64,000 nt of DNA from Basidiobolus meristosporus CBS 931.73 (GCA_002104905.1 MCFE01000039.1:1-64000); one strand, 5' to 3'. Shown: positions 9,804 through 23,908, numbered from the stretch's first letter. The notes: generated by a model not told the origin, from the letters alone. Made by a program: numbers and translations.

Positions 9804-12800
9804 TTACACGGTCAAAGGGAGGTCATGTTCAAATGATCTCATGGCAAGATCCCGGCCCTCCTTCAATTTACGATAGACTTTGGCGAACTTGTTACGCTCC
9901 GCAATTAAGCCCATTTGATGATAAATCCTGGATTGCAGATATGCGCATTCCAGCCTCTCCTCTAAACACTCCAGCCGCTCAAAACCGGCATTGGCCTTCT
10001 GGAGGAACTTGAGGATGGACTCCAGTTCGACTCCCACTACTTTACCTTCTTGTGAAAATCTCAGTTAGCTTTCGGTTATTTAGATGGGAAGATTGAGTAA
10101 CCATGAATACCCTTCTCCAAGGCCAGTAGCTGCGCGTATTGTCCTTTGGCATACAACAAATGCGTGGTGGATTGCAGATGAAGTGAGCCGGTGCTCAGAA
10201 CCTAGAGGCAGGCGTTAGCGAGTGTACACGAGTCGCTGGAAGCTAAGGCCAGACTACCTGTGACATGATTCGGTCAATGATTTCGATTGCTCGCTCGGCC
10301 ATGCCCAGGCATAGAAATATTTCAGCCAGACGCACTTGGGTCATGTACAAGTCCTCCATAACATGGAACTTCTCACTCAATGTCAGGCACGTCAGAACCA
10401 GGGGAAGGGCAGGGATCGGATTCCCAGATTTCTAAACAATGCGGCATCAGGATGGAGTTCAATTGGCAGCAAACGAGAAGTCGTACCAGATGATACTCCG
10501 CAAACTTGAGTAGGTATTGCGTTTGATTTTGATGGCGAATGGTGGTGTTGCTATGTTCGGTGCTTCCATCGATCATGGCGTAGAGCTTGCCCACGGCACG
10601 AACAACGTCCCCGCATTGCAGGCCGTTTAGCACATCTCTGTATTCAGCATCGGTGCCCATGGGGGTGTTTTCGTCCATCACGGTTCTAAGCCATCTAGTG
10701 ATACTACTGGCTACCAGCCGCTCTTCCCTGCAACCGCATTCAACCAGTCAGTGCGAAGCCAATAGGCATGGTCAAGCAACCAACCTCACCTGAAGTATGC
10801 ACGCTGGTGCAAGATTTGCCCCAAGCACTGGGCCCATGGGAAGAGTGCCCCATGCTCATGGCCGAATTGCTCCTTGACTGCATCCAAGATCTCGATGGCT
10901 TGGTCGTATTGTCCTTGCAAAGCGTGCTGGTTTCACCAATCTCAGTACCATTCCTGGGCCAGATTCCCTACGATCTCTTACCTGATACGCAAGCTTGCAA
11001 TGGCCTATGGCTGCGTCATCCGCGACAACGTCTTTCTCATGATACGTGATTTGTAACTGGGTGTATAGTGAAGATAATGCTGCGCTACCTGCCAGACAAA
11101 CAATTCAGTCTCGCTTCGCTCAAGAATTGCTGCCTCCTACTCACCATATACGCTCCAAGCACTAGCATACATCAAATCAGTGGTCCCAACTATCCCCTGC
11201 AATCCATTGTTGATGTTCAGCGAGGAGCTTTTGATCAGGGACTCAAAGCATTCCACCGGGTCGTGTTTCTGAAGAGCAGAGGTTCGTTAGAGTGGGCGGA
11301 GACGGATTGAAGCGTGAGGGAAATACGCACGACTTCCAGTGCAAGGCGTGCTTTGGACAATTCACACATGGTTTGTATGTATGTTAGGTTCAACTGCTTG
11401 CTCTTCTCAATCAATGAGTCGATCTTGGTCATTTCAGAGTTCTTGTCGTCATTGGATTTACTGGAAGAACGGGTACGCTCGAGTCGATACAGCCAACTGA
11501 TGGGTGGGTTAGCTGGAATTGATGGGTGAAGTGTGCAGTTCAGCACGCATACCTGAGAGCATGGCTGAGGCATTCTTCGTCCTTGTTTTCGTGGGCAATC
11601 TCAATGGTCTCGGTGATAGCCTACGCCAAGGAGTTAGAGATCAGAAGCGCCCGCCTTCTTTCGAAACACTTACTCGTTCAGCTTCCTGTGTATGATTGAA
11701 TCGCAAATGCAGAACCGCAAGGTTCAAGAGTGCCCGCTGGTACAACGACCTAGTGTATCGTTGAGTATGCAGAACCGCCTAGCGGGCCAATTTTCAACCG
11801 ACTTACGTGTCTTGGTTCGTTAAACAGTAGTCGAAAAACTTGTGCAGATACTCCAAGGCTTCGGCGTACTCGCCAGCTCGAGTCGAGTTCAGAAAGCTAG
11901 CAGACCATTAGTGGCCGACCAATGAAGCCAGTGTGATGAGCAATATAGCGAGCAATACAAACCGAACGTAATATGCTTTGGATAGGTCTGGATATAACTG
12001 GTGGATTCGATCGAGGTGGGCTTCAAGCTCATGTGGAGCCAGTGTGACGTTGGAATCTTGAGGAGCGCCCTAAGCATTTGTAAATGAAGCAGTGCACAAT
12101 GATGGCTACGAGGGGTACCTTCAAGCTGCTCCAGTTGCTGTTCCACAAAACGCTCAGCGTCAAATCTAGACAAGATCTCTGGAGATTCATGGTGAACTGC
12201 CCGATGGTTAGAGAGGGTTCTGGCTCGATCTAACGACGCTGGGTTACCTTCTTCTGTATGTACATCAACCATGCCATTGCATATGTCGTCTACCCGCCGA
12301 CAGTAATCACAAAACTTGCTATAAAGATTGGAGATCTCATCGAATGGCAGTTTGCAAAATGCCAGGTGTGCCCGTCTAACAAATACACCAAACACGCTAT
12401 CCCTTTCCTTCAGATGGGCCATGGTTAGAATGAAGAGAAGTAGGATCCAACCGATGCATCCAATTCGTACCAAGAGAGATTCCTCGTACTGCAACGAGCG
12501 AAACAACGATTAAAACATGTGGCGAGATATGTTCGGGAATATGTTACTGACCTCGTCCGCGACCTCAGGGTCCTCTGACCTGAGCAGTTTCTGAAGATCT
12601 AATCGAATCAATGTGATTTCCACAGTTAGTTGACCGTTTCCTCCGAGGGCTATCTTGGGGGAATTACCTGTGAAGAAGTCGTATAAGTCGTTCGGGGTTT
12701 CAAGCTCTCCTAACTACGATTCCGTTAAGTCGACCGGTAGAGACAGATACCACAAACTAGCCCACTTACACGAGTCAGCAGGATACTCCGTATACTCTCC

Positions 12801-13074
12801 CCGCTTTGGGAGGTCATGTTTTCCAGGTGGGTGTAAAAGTTCAGCAGGAGGGCGTTTTTGTCCTTGTCATGGCCGACGTTCTGAACGGCTCTGGGAATGA
12901 GTTCGGCGCTTCATGGTTGGAGTGGCCAGGTCTGGTTTCACTTACCTGGATTTCGGACATCAAGAAAAACACCAGCGACTGGCTGACTTCATTGTCCCAG
13001 GACAGATTCCGTGTGTATTCTTCTATCAAGATAAGCACAGCGATCTTGTGGGAGGATAGAAAGGTACTCGGCAT
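9804..13074 (-). CDS. APC5: Anaphase-promoting complex subunit 5, multi-exon
   Basis: N-terminal FLSSHKIAVLILI; APC5-domain EALEYLHKFFDY followed by ALLNLAVLH; TPR-like helical remainder; stop at 9804. Confidence 0.85.
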
Positions 13075-13395
13075 TAGTGGGAAATATGCTAGGGAGTGTG
13101 GTTGATAAGAAAGAAGGGCTAGCTCTACGGAACAAGTGTTTACTCGATAGTTCAGCCAAGTGATGTTTACGATTTTTTATTGACCCATCGATGTGGGTGG
13201 ATTAATGTTGTGATTATGATTACAATTACTAGGATAATCAAGGTAGATTGCAATGAATGGATTACCAAGGCGAGATTAAAGAGCGATCGATGGCAGGCTA
13301 TGTAAAATAATAGGCACATTCTAAACAAACGTACAGATGAAGGGAATGAAGTGGACAGAACTATATACTAGACACACAGTATTGGGTGATTGACT

Positions 13396-16300
13396 TCAGC
13401 GTCTAACAAGGACGATATCCCAACCAAACCACGCCGAGAACAGCACCACCGCCTCCCGTCCGTCCAAAGAAGTGCTTGGATTGGCATTGCACCAAGGATC
13501 GATGGCCAGGAATCGAATGCAGATTCCAAGGACAAAGCATATGAACCCGAGCCCGACTACCTGCAGAAGGTTGTAGGTGGCCTCCTCAACCGAGCGAGCG
13601 GTCTTCGTGCTGCCGCTTGTGTGCATCCACCGGTGTCGATTCCCAACCAGCAACGAATTTCTTCGCGAGATTATGCTTGACCTTGGTCGTAGCCTGTTGA
13701 AACCCATCGCCCACGCCTCCACTGCCGAGCTCTAGAGGAAATGATTTAGTCGTGATGATCAGGGGCCAATCACGCTGGTTCCTTACCGAGCTGAATCGTC
13801 TCCCGCTCCCCACAGATTCAACGAAGGTGTCGCCCAACTCACCGACATCATCGGAATAGCTTCCGATGGGTTCAAGGATCGGGCTCTCGATGATCTCTTC
13901 CAGGACTCCACTAGAACAACGTTAGCTCAGGAACAAAATGACGAGAACTGGAAGAAAATACCTGACTCCGTTACTCTGGATCTTGTACAGGCTCCTGACG
14001 ATCTCCGACACCTCCAGCTTGTCGTCATTGCTCTTGACCACTTGGATCGGCTGTTTGTTGATTAGAACTCTGCCATTCCATTCGTCTTCATCGAGCGCAT
14101 CATTGGTCAGCGATTTCTCCACTGGCTCGATGCTAAAATTCAGAACCCAATTGGCACTTGTGGGCAAGGAGCCATCACTGAATCCACTGCAGTCGATGTC
14201 TGAGCCTGCACTGCTCTGTGCTCTACAGACGTACTGGACCACACGGATCATGTGCTTATTATGCTTGGAGGAGGGCTTTAGAGAAGTCGAGTACGACGGT
14301 GCAGGAGGGATATCAACCACATAGATAGCTACTGGTGCAGAGGCTGTGGCGTAGTTTGGAGCAAAAGGCACTCCAGGCGATAGATTCGCTTGAATCCCGT
14401 AGCCATAAGGATAACGTCGCAGGTCAATGACCAGGTCCAGCACCACCACAAACTCCATCTGCAGTTCTATGAGGTCACCCGAGCTAGAGTTTCTGGTCTC
14501 GGGCTCATCCGGGATGTTGACCAGTTGGAACATGGTGGAGACTTTGTATTGGTTGCTGGAGTCCTCAAACGAAGTGTCCAATACCACGCTACTGGAAAGC
14601 TCAAAGTGATGGAACTCTGATGTGGGTGCTGCCTTGCCATTGATTTCGACCTGATTTCTTTTCTCATCGCGTCCACGTGCATCGGTAGACATGGCCGTTA
14701 ACTCCATGTGCTGCTTGGGCTGGATAACGTACGGAGGGGGCCCGTGGGCTCTCAGATAGCTCTCCACGTTAAGTATATGCTTGGGCAACTTTGGGGTCAC
14801 CATGTTGCTTAGAGAGCTAGGAACAGACCCACCTAGGTCCAGCAACGCGAATATACTTACCTTGGTGGAGGGAATGGGGTAGTTGGTAGATGTTTGGTAA
14901 GGATCGACTAGCTCGCATGTCCATCCGTACAGGGGAAGGTTGGCACGGACATGGGAGTTAACTATGTTGGGAGAGAAAGGGACGGAGGTGCAACTGAAGT
15001 AGATGGTTGACGTGGGGGAAGGCGAGGCATAGGTGCACGTGATGGTAACCAGGTCTCTGGCTCTACAAGGAAAAGCTCATCAGAGGCGGAATAAACATGA
15101 GATGCAATAGGCATGTCCCTACTTTAGCGGGAAGAGCCCTTTAACAAACTGATGGGCGATGGTGAATCCATTGTCGAGTATCTCCAGCACCATTCCAGTA
15201 TCAAAAGTGTCGTCCCCTAGAGCAATCCAAGCGGTTAATGAGCTTGTCAGAGGCGACTCCGGGTTGCTACTACTTACAGGCCTTTCGACACCCAGGTGAG
15301 CATATGACTGAAGCTATATCTTCTGGGGCAAACCCTTCAATCACCTTGACTCCCTTCAGGGTTGGCATTGAGCTGGAGATCTCCGAAATATACTGTTTGT
15401 ACACTGAAAGTCCCGTTTTGCTTGAACTAGAAACCAGTGACCAGCTCTCATCGGGCTCGGACTGAAGTCGTCTCAAGAGCTCTATGGATGTTCTAGCTAG
15501 CTCCTTTGGAGAGAGAAGTGGCGGGGTGTTGGTTAGGTCGCATACAGAATCAGACCTCGAGGAAGAGGCGCTCGATTTTAACGCTTCACTCCTGCCATTA
15601 CCAAGTGGATGGGAAATTTCGAAGTTAGATATATGCAGTCACACTCTAACCAGGTCATTCAGATCGGTACCTGTCCTCCTGTCCGTCTCTGGGGCTTTTG
15701 GCCTGCGAGGCGGCAACGTGCAGCTTAGGAGAGTGCGAGCCACTCGCCAGTGCTTCGTCACGGTCATTCCATATCGTCACTCTGTAACCGTTGATCTTGA
15801 ACCCGCTGCCAGGCGACGCCTTCCGGATCTTCATGGTAACCAGAAGATCCTCTTCGAGAAGGTTGCTTGGCTTGTGTTGGATCTCCAGCCTCATTCCGCT
15901 AAAGTCCCTTGCAGTTTTGAAGCAAATGAAGGACGTGAAGTTCTCCACGACCGAGTTGGCCTCCATCTCTACTACCGCATTCCCCTCATTAGTCCACTTC
16001 AAGTAGTCGAGTCGGAGAATCATGGAGCTGTGCTTCTGGGCCGACGCCTCCTTGTTGCCCGCCCTGCTGCTAAATACCTTGTATCGCAGCGTGTATAGAT
16101 TTTTCCGATGGTTATAATCGGACTCTATGATTGAACAGTTATCATAGGTCAAAACGTTGGGCGGGGCCCCATGCATTTCAAGGTAATCCACCACGTCCGC
16201 GATATTCAGCGGGATGTTGGTAGTCAACATGTTGAGCAATGAAGAAGGTATCCATCCTTTGGGGTCCATCTGCACAATGTACGTGACACGAACGCGATTC

Positions 16301-18446
16301 TCCCCTATGTCCTCAAAATGCCAGCCAGCTATATCAAGCTGAGCCCGGACGCAAGAACTGTTACTCGAGGATGGCTCCTCCCCTTCGTCTGTTGAGAACC
16401 CAAAGGTATAGATGGCCTTGGAACTCACGTGGTTGGCCATCATCACTACCATGTCACGGGGGCTAACAATGCAAGCGGCTCAGTGGCGCGACCCGGCGGT
16501 GGTTGAAAAGAAAGGAACTTACCTAGTAGGCCAAATAGCCTTCAACCGGTTGTATTCGATGTAAACCTTCGGCTCTAGGTAGGCAGTCACCGAGCCCTCG
16601 TCGAACATTCGATCCCACACCTTCCTCGTTCCAGGTGATTGTATCGTAGAGCTGAAATCCCACATGCTGTACCCTTCGATCTCAGCAACACCCTTCAAGA
16701 TACCGGTCGGATGCTTGATCACGTCAAGCTTCGAGATGGTCACCTCTCTCTCAACCCCGATCTGCCGCCAGCATGAATCCGGTTCGCTCAGGAGGGCGTT
16801 GAAGTAGCTGTAACAATGGGACATAGGAGTAGGAACTCGCGAGGTAACTGAGCTCTGGTCCGAGCTCGCCAGCGACCTGTGTGCAAGTGTATGTTTGAGT
16901 ATCTATACTGGGCATCCAGATCGATGGTTGCCAACTTACTTGGGGTTTAGCGAATCCGCTTCGGAGACGGACTCGGTGGAATCGAATGGATTGATGATTC
17001 CCCCGATCTGCTCGGAATCTACACTCCTATTATCCCCTTTGGTGGTGAGGCTAGAGATTCGCTTCAGACTGTGGTTGACCGTGATCCCCGGCTCGATGCT
17101 GGGCTCGGGGCAGATGCTGATCCGCATGTTTAGCACCTCGTCCTTTCTGGTGGCAGCAAGATGGGAAATCCGTATGATGTACTGCTCGCTGTCGGGATAT
17201 CTGAAGCACTCAACACTGTCCTGTACAAATTGGGGGTCCTCCCTCCCGTCGACCGAGATATGGACCTGGACGTTTCCCGGGCACCATCTTTCCCCGTCGA
17301 TACTGATCTCCATCACGTCGTCCGAGTCCAGCTGCGAGATGCTAGTTCGCGAGCTACTGCCAAAGTTCGAGCCCAGCGTGCACCCATCGGCGTCATCGAT
17401 CTCGACAACGGAGTAGCTCAGCTCGAATACCCGTTCTTCGTGGTGGTAGTCGTTCTGGTTCACCTGAATCCACTTGCCGTATCTCTGGACGTGTGGTGGC
17501 ACTCCAACGTCATTGAGATAGGAGTAGATTTCGTTGATGCACAATGGGGACTGCAGTGCCACCGAGGAGGATGACTTCCATCCCTTCAGATCCACCTGGT
17601 AATAGACTGTGACTTGAAGAGCTTTGTAGATGAGACTTCCTAGCTCCGAAAGGGAGCCATTGTCGGCGGGGGACTTCGAGACTGTCTCCACAGAAACCGC
17701 CATCAAGTCTAGGTTGGCGCGAATGTAGTTCGGAGCCTTCCGGAGGTAGATCGGGTCGTTTCCTGTGGATGGGACTGATGTGGCAATGAAGAGCACTTTG
17801 TCCTCCTCTATGACCGTATTCTCGATTACAACCAGGTCACGCTGACTACGAGTAGGACGAATGGCTAAGTAAAAATGAAGTGGTAGATGGTTGTTTGACC
17901 TCACTTCCACTCACCTTTTGGGCCAGCCGGTCTTTAATATGGTTCGGGTGATTCGAGTGCTTGGACTCAGCGTTTCAAGCATGGTCGAGCTTTCGGTGAA
18001 TCTATCCCCTAAGAAGTAGGTGTTTTAGCAAGCTGGGAGGCCGATAAACTGAGAGGAGGAAGGCTCACATATTTTGCGTGCTCCTGTGCATTCAAGCACC
18101 GCTTTCCAATCGTCCAGTGAGGTGTTTTTTCCTTTGATGAGGGCCGTCCCTCGAACCACCTCGGTTGTTTTCCCAGGCACGGTGCGCTTTGCTATATGGA
18201 TTGGAAACTTTGAACCGGTTGTGGATAGACTCACAGGTCTCCAACCGGTAGTGACAGATGATAAAGATTGATAGTACGCCGTGGCCGAGGTCAAGGTACT
18301 GGCGTAATGATTGTGCGCGCTATATTACAGTCCACGAAGAGAAGTTGCGGGTGAATAGGTTTTCAGGGGACATTTGGAGATGAACAAAGCGCTTCAAACC
18401 TTTCATGGTCAAGGTCCATGTCCACACTTGGGGGTTGTGAAGACAT
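13396..18446 (-). CDS. Large multi-exon protein with three tandem START-like lipid-binding domains and a C-terminal transmembrane segment
   Basis: Three copies of the START pattern (W...KG...RD[LM]V...Y.QxDxKGW/DLGGSVPS...GxPP) at about 18.3-17.5, 16.8-16.1 and 15.5-14.7 kb; hydrophobic LLQVVGLGFICFVLGICIRFL near the C-terminus; ATG 18446 joined by a gtttga...tag intron. Confidence 0.8.
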
Positions 18447-18950
18447 CGATTCAGCTTGCTAGAATAACGGAGCTTTGAAGGTGTGACGAAAAGCAATGGA
18501 AGATGTAAGGTGAAGCCAGCGAAGGCCAGAACAAGTCGGACTTTGGAAAGTGGAAAAGGATATTTCGATACCAACACCACCACTGCCCATCACCGTGATA
18601 TGCGAGCACGAATAAACTTGGTGATTTGCTTAAGATCATGGATGAATTTTGGTTCAACTCGTCAGAACCTCCAGTCACCGAGTATTTCGAATTCCCAGCA
18701 ACATTCGCTGATCCACTGATTGATCGGCAGACCAAGTGAATCCAGTTAGCCTGATCCCCATCGATTGTTCAGCGCGGCTTAAACATTGATCATTTCTTCA
18801 TCATAATTAGTTAGTTCATAGACGCGTCATAAACCATTGGTGACGCAGCGACTATCTATCCTTGGCATTGTGGCCATGACGTCAGTACGGTCCCTCGAAC
18901 TCTATATAAGATACACCTCCATCGGTCAGGCACTTTATCAACCTCACACC

Positions 18951-19283
18951 ATGTCTAATAACGATAGAAGTCAAGATAACAAGGGAAGCACATACAATCC
19001 CGCATCCGCTGATCATGTTGGCGCTGCATTCATGCCTGGTCCGTTTTTAGGTGCTGGTGTTCCAGGCGGAGCTCAATCAACTCCCGACAACAACGAAAGA
19101 GGCGACAGTATCTATAGAATCCAACCCCACCCGGACAATTCAAACCCAGGTGCTTACAACCCTTCCTCTGCCGACCACGTTGGCGGTGCCTTCATGCCGG
19201 GGCCTTTTATTGCCTCTGGAGACAACGCCACTGCTTTTGAGCAGGCTCACATCCGCCAGCAAGAGAAAGACAAGAAGCAATGA
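18951..19283 (+). CDS. Small (110 aa) hydrophilic protein with duplicated YNPxSADHVGxAFMPGPF motif; function unknown
   Basis: Intronless ORF, TATATAA at 18903-18909, internal 18-aa motif present twice. Confidence 0.75.
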   Translation: MSNNDRSQDNKGSTYNPASADHVGAAFMPGPFLGAGVPGGAQSTPDNNERGDSIYRIQPHPDNSNPGAYNPSSADHVGGAFMPGPFIASGDNATAFEQAHIRQQEKDKKQ

Positions 19284-19487
19284 TCTGCCCCATAATTCTG
19301 TACAATTAATCCCAATCCACTGTTCGCCATTGTGTAGTCCATAATCAATTCTTCAATAAATGTTAAATCGACTTACTTAAAGTTAGCCCAAATCTTTGCC
19401 CGAATGACCGCTAATCATTTGTAGTCACAACAATCAACACATACAAAAATTCGACCGCCGCTTCTCAGGATTTCCCAGCCATCACAC

Positions 19488-21938
19488 ATGCCACCAAAGA
19501 AGGCCGATATTCCCTGCGGGAACCCGCTGTTATTGAGCTGGATACAAGAATGGATGGAGTTAGCTAGAGCCCAGAATTCCAAAACGTACCATACTTATAG
19601 AAAGGTAGGTTGCTCTGGTTCAGTTGATCAAAGGGTAAGCTCAGTAATGATTGCTCCGTTGCTCTTCTAGGCGTACCTTTCTATGTCCAAATACCCATTA
19701 CCTTTCAATCATCCACGGGAGGCTACCCAGCTGGAAGGAATTGGCCCCGGCATTGTGAGTAAGCTGGAGAAGAAGATGAAAGAGTACTGCGAAAAGAATG
19801 ATTTGCCGTTACCTCAAGAAGGTAAGGAATTCCCCTGAAGCCAGCCTCCAGTTGAGGATACTGAGCGCTCTATTTCTAAAGCCGACCCAAAGCCGGCCAA
19901 ACGGATGACCAAGGGAAAAGATTCCAGCGGTTCCGAGGATGTAGAGAATCCCCCTAAACCCAGGAAGCGTAGAACCAAGCCGTATGTGCCTCAGTATCGA
20001 TCGGGTGCCTACGCATTGTTACTAGGGCTTCTGTCGGGACACGATAATGCGATCACCCAAGGGTTCATGTCGAAAGAGGCATTAACCAAGGAAGCACAGG
20101 CCTACTGTGATACTTCCTTCACTGTACCTTTGCCAGGGAAGCATTACACCTCTTGGAGCTCCATGAAAACCCTGATAGACAAGGACCTGGTTTATAAACA
20201 GGGCAACCCTGGAAGATACATCTTAACCGAATCCGGTCTAACCCTCGCACATCAACTATCCCAAGCGAGTCAGGTTCGAAATCCAAGCCCAAGCTGCTCC
20301 TCGCGGAACTCCTCCGAGGACGAATTCTCGTGCTCTCAGCAGACATCTACTTTCAGCGAATGTGACAATTCAGAGCATGAGACAAGCAACTCCCAACCTT
20401 TATCGACGAATGGCCCCCTGGCATATTTATACGTGACACCAAGTGAGGAGCACGTTAAAGAAAGGATCAAAGCATCGGCCAAAATGAACGGTAACTACGG
20501 GTTCGCTGAAGCTGGTGGGCATCTTATATTTACCCTTCTTTGTCGTCAGGGGAGGATTACTCTATCAAATACCGAATCGTCTACCCCAGCTCTTCACGGG
20601 CTACAGCCTACCATATGCAAGTAGACCTTGAATGCCATTGTCCAACGGACGATTCCCTGCTCATAGGATATATTCCGGAGGCGGTTGCCCAGAAGATTGC
20701 CCCTGGGTTGACTTTCTCCCGACCACCTCAACGACTCTCCAACGAAACAGCCTCAGAGACGGATGTAGCATCCGATTCGGAGAGCGTAATCAGTCGCATA
20801 TCGTGCACCTCAATGACCGAACCCGTCCCATCAATCTATCCCACTAGAATGGGGGCCATTCAACGTACTGACTCCACACTCTCCGAGGCCTCGTCGATCG
20901 GCTCAGGAGATGCACTATTTCCGGCCATACAACCGATCCAACTTCCACCTGGCTCCTTTGAGATAGTCATGATATTAGATAATCGAGAGGTCGCTCAGAA
21001 ATCCGACCGAGGTTACATTCAAAAAGAGCTGGAGCGCCGTGGGGTCCCTGTCCACACCCGCAACCTAGAGCTCGGGGATGTGTTATGGGTGGCTCGGCAG
21101 CTTAACTGCGGCGGCTCCGAAGAGGAGATATTTCTTGGCTACGTTGTGGAGCGTAAAAGGATGGACGATCTGGTCGCTAGTATCAAAGATGGCCGCTTCA
21201 AGGAGCAGAAGTTTCGACTGAAGAACTGCGGCGCCAGTCAGATTGTTTATCTGGTTGAAGGGAATGAGGCCGATGGGACCAGGGCATTTGGTGGCTCCAC
21301 CGCAATCCAAACCGCCATCTCTTCCACCCAGGTGGTTGATGGATTTTTCCTCAAGAAAACCGACTCTGTCGACGAGAGTATCAACTACTTGTCGCGTATG
21401 ACGAGACAGCTACAATCAATGTACACGGTAAGCATGGGTGGGAATCCCATGTGTAGCTGAAGGGTGCGCTAATCTTATCTTCTATAGGAATCTGTACTAC
21501 ATGTCATACCCGACTCGCTTGTAAACAAGGCCACCTACTTGGCACTTCGTGAGCACCTTGCTGGGTTAGAGCCAGGAAAAGAATTCCACATCACCTATGG
21601 CTCTTACTGTCAGTTGAACAGTAAAAGTGGCAGCCTATCCTTACAGGACCTCTTTATCAAGATGCTGGTCACCACTCGGGGAATCACCGCAGAAAAGGCC
21701 TATGAGATAGCGAAACGATATCCAACACCCAAAAGGTAAGAAAACCGATCCCACCCACCACGCCAAACTAACGTTTCTTTTTCGCTGCAGTCTATTTGAT
21801 GCGTACGACTCGCTGGATTCCGAAGAAGCCAAAAAACATATGCTTAAAGACAATGCGCGTGCTGTGCGTAGAAAAAACATTGGCGCGGCATTGAGTGAAA
21901 GGCTGTACCGTGTCTGGTGCTCGACCAATTACGAATGA
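19488..21938 (+). CDS. MUS81: Crossover junction endonuclease Mus81, multi-exon
   Basis: N-terminal GNPLLLSWIQEW HhH region, winged helix YVPQYRSGAYALL, ERCC4 domain ILDNRE...VERKRMDDLVASIKDGRFKEQKFRL. Confidence 0.96.
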
Positions 21939-22132
21939 GAATGCTGTTCGTGTAAATAGAACTCAACGTTGCTATCAGCATAGCTCGGGTGTAGACCAAC
22001 CTCAGGAATGCTGGTGGTTGTTGTTGTTGTATCAAGACATCCATTAATAAATCCGAATCAACATGTTTTATCTAAGAGAGGTTTACATGACACCAAGGGA
22101 ACACATTTTGTAAATCAACCTGATACCGCAAT

Positions 22133-22668
22133 TCATTCATCTCTAGGCACTGGGGGTCCACAAGGCTGAACCATTTTCTTTGAAAGAACAGGAAGGAGTT
22201 AATCGGACTGCGCCAGGAGAAGTCTAGGGGTACGAAGAGACGCATTACCTGTAGCATGTTGTAGCGCACTCTGGCGGTAGTCTCATTTTCGGTGATTGCG
22301 AAATAATTCAACATATGGTTATGGCCCACGAAAGACGCGTAGGAATCACGGTGCTGGTTTGACAGCCACTCGCTAAAAAGAGGAAAAAAAGGATTAATGT
22401 GCCGGTCGAACTTCAAGAACAAGTAGAGATCGCTAACAATTTGTTGGTATCCGCATGTCCTGTACCGACATATTTCGATTGTACTGATTGAAGAAAAAGA
22501 AACCCAGTGGTTAAACCCTATTCTATACCTCACCAACACATGCCGATTTCTCTACTTACAATGCTCGAGCTGACTGTTGATGTTGAATCGATCCTACACC
22601 AAAAGAAGAGAATTTTCCGAATTGAGTAAGAGATCTCTGGGTTGTGAAGCGACCGAAATTCCTACCAT
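22133..22668 (-). CDS. SF3B5: Splicing factor 3B subunit 5 (SF3b10/Ysf3); the first coding exon is only the ATG
   Basis: Spliced M|DRFNINSQLEHL...EWLSNQHRDSYASFVGH...RYNMLQ|KMVQPCGPP. Confidence 0.93.
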
Positions 22669-22961
22669 GTGGTGTAAGCTTCCAAAGTGCAAAAGGTGTC
22701 AAGGCAACTTGTGACGAGCCTAGGGCACAGTCGAGGTATAAAATTAAGCCAAATAACTAGTCCACCGATTTAAGCAACCTGAATAAATCCGGGAATAAGT
22801 AAAAAACGGAGACATCAAAAAAAATCTACCTTGCATGTAGTGCGGAATGGTGCGTTTGGGAAAGAAATCTCGACTTTTTTTTTAGACTATTTTGTTACAT
22901 TATAAGAGACATTCTTTTTTAGTCACCTCTCGACAAACCGACCATTTCGCGAGTGAAAAAG

Positions 22962-23908
22962 ATGGCCCCCGAGGACAATAAACTAACCAAGCGACAGAAG
23001 AAGGCAGATCGTTTCCGTAACAAGAAACGCAAGCTTGACGAGATTGCCGATGTGCCTGAGGACGAGGTTGAAGGCGAGGAGGTCGAGGCTAAGAAGCCCG
23101 AGGTCAAAAAGGAGGTGAAAGAGCCTCCCAAGAAGAAGCCTGCTAAACCTCGTTTCATTGTGTTTGTTGGTAATTTCCTTTGTTCGACCTGTTGTATATC
23201 AACCGAGACTAAACTTTCTTGCGGTAAACGCAGGCAACTTGCCATACGAGACCACAAAAGAAAACCTTACGAAGCATTTCGAAACTGCTGGTTGGTACAT
23301 GTTTGTTTTCATTCTAACAAGATATTCTGTACTCAAATTGCTCTGTCCCAGGTGGTATCAAGTCCGTTCGTTTGATCACTGACAAACAAACAAACAAACC
23401 CAAGGGCTTTGCGTTCCTGGAATTTGATGACCCAGAATGCTTAAAGGTATGTTATATTCGCGATTGACAGCTCGTCGTATTCAGGAGTCCAATTCTCACC
23501 GATGTCTACAGAAAGCGTTATTCTTTCATCATACCTTTTTCAACAGACGTAAGATCAATGTCGAGCTGACCGCTGGTGGTGGTGGCCACAGCGAGGCACG
23601 TAAAACCAAATTAAACGAAAAGAATGCCAAACTGGAGGAGGAAAGAGTATGTCTCTACGTTGCTCATATCAGCCGTTACCGTATTATTAAGATGTCTAAA
23701 CCCAATTTAGCGCAAGATCTTCGAGAGCAAGATTGCCACCGAAAAGGCCGAGAGAGCGGCCCAGGGTCACAGTGAGAAGCCTCGTGAGGCCCCTCCAGTT
23801 GTTCAAGCCAAGAAATTCAAGAAAGACAGAGGCAACCCAAGACCTCGCGAGGTCACTGGTGCCAACAACATCCGTGTTCCTATGAGGAAATTTGGTGGAT
23901 CCAAATAG
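22962..23908 (+). CDS. NOP6: Nucleolar RRM protein, Nop6-like
   Basis: Charged N-terminus; RFIVFVGNLPY (RNP2), KGFAFLEF (RNP1), RKINVELTAGGGG typical of the Nop6 family. Confidence 0.8.
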
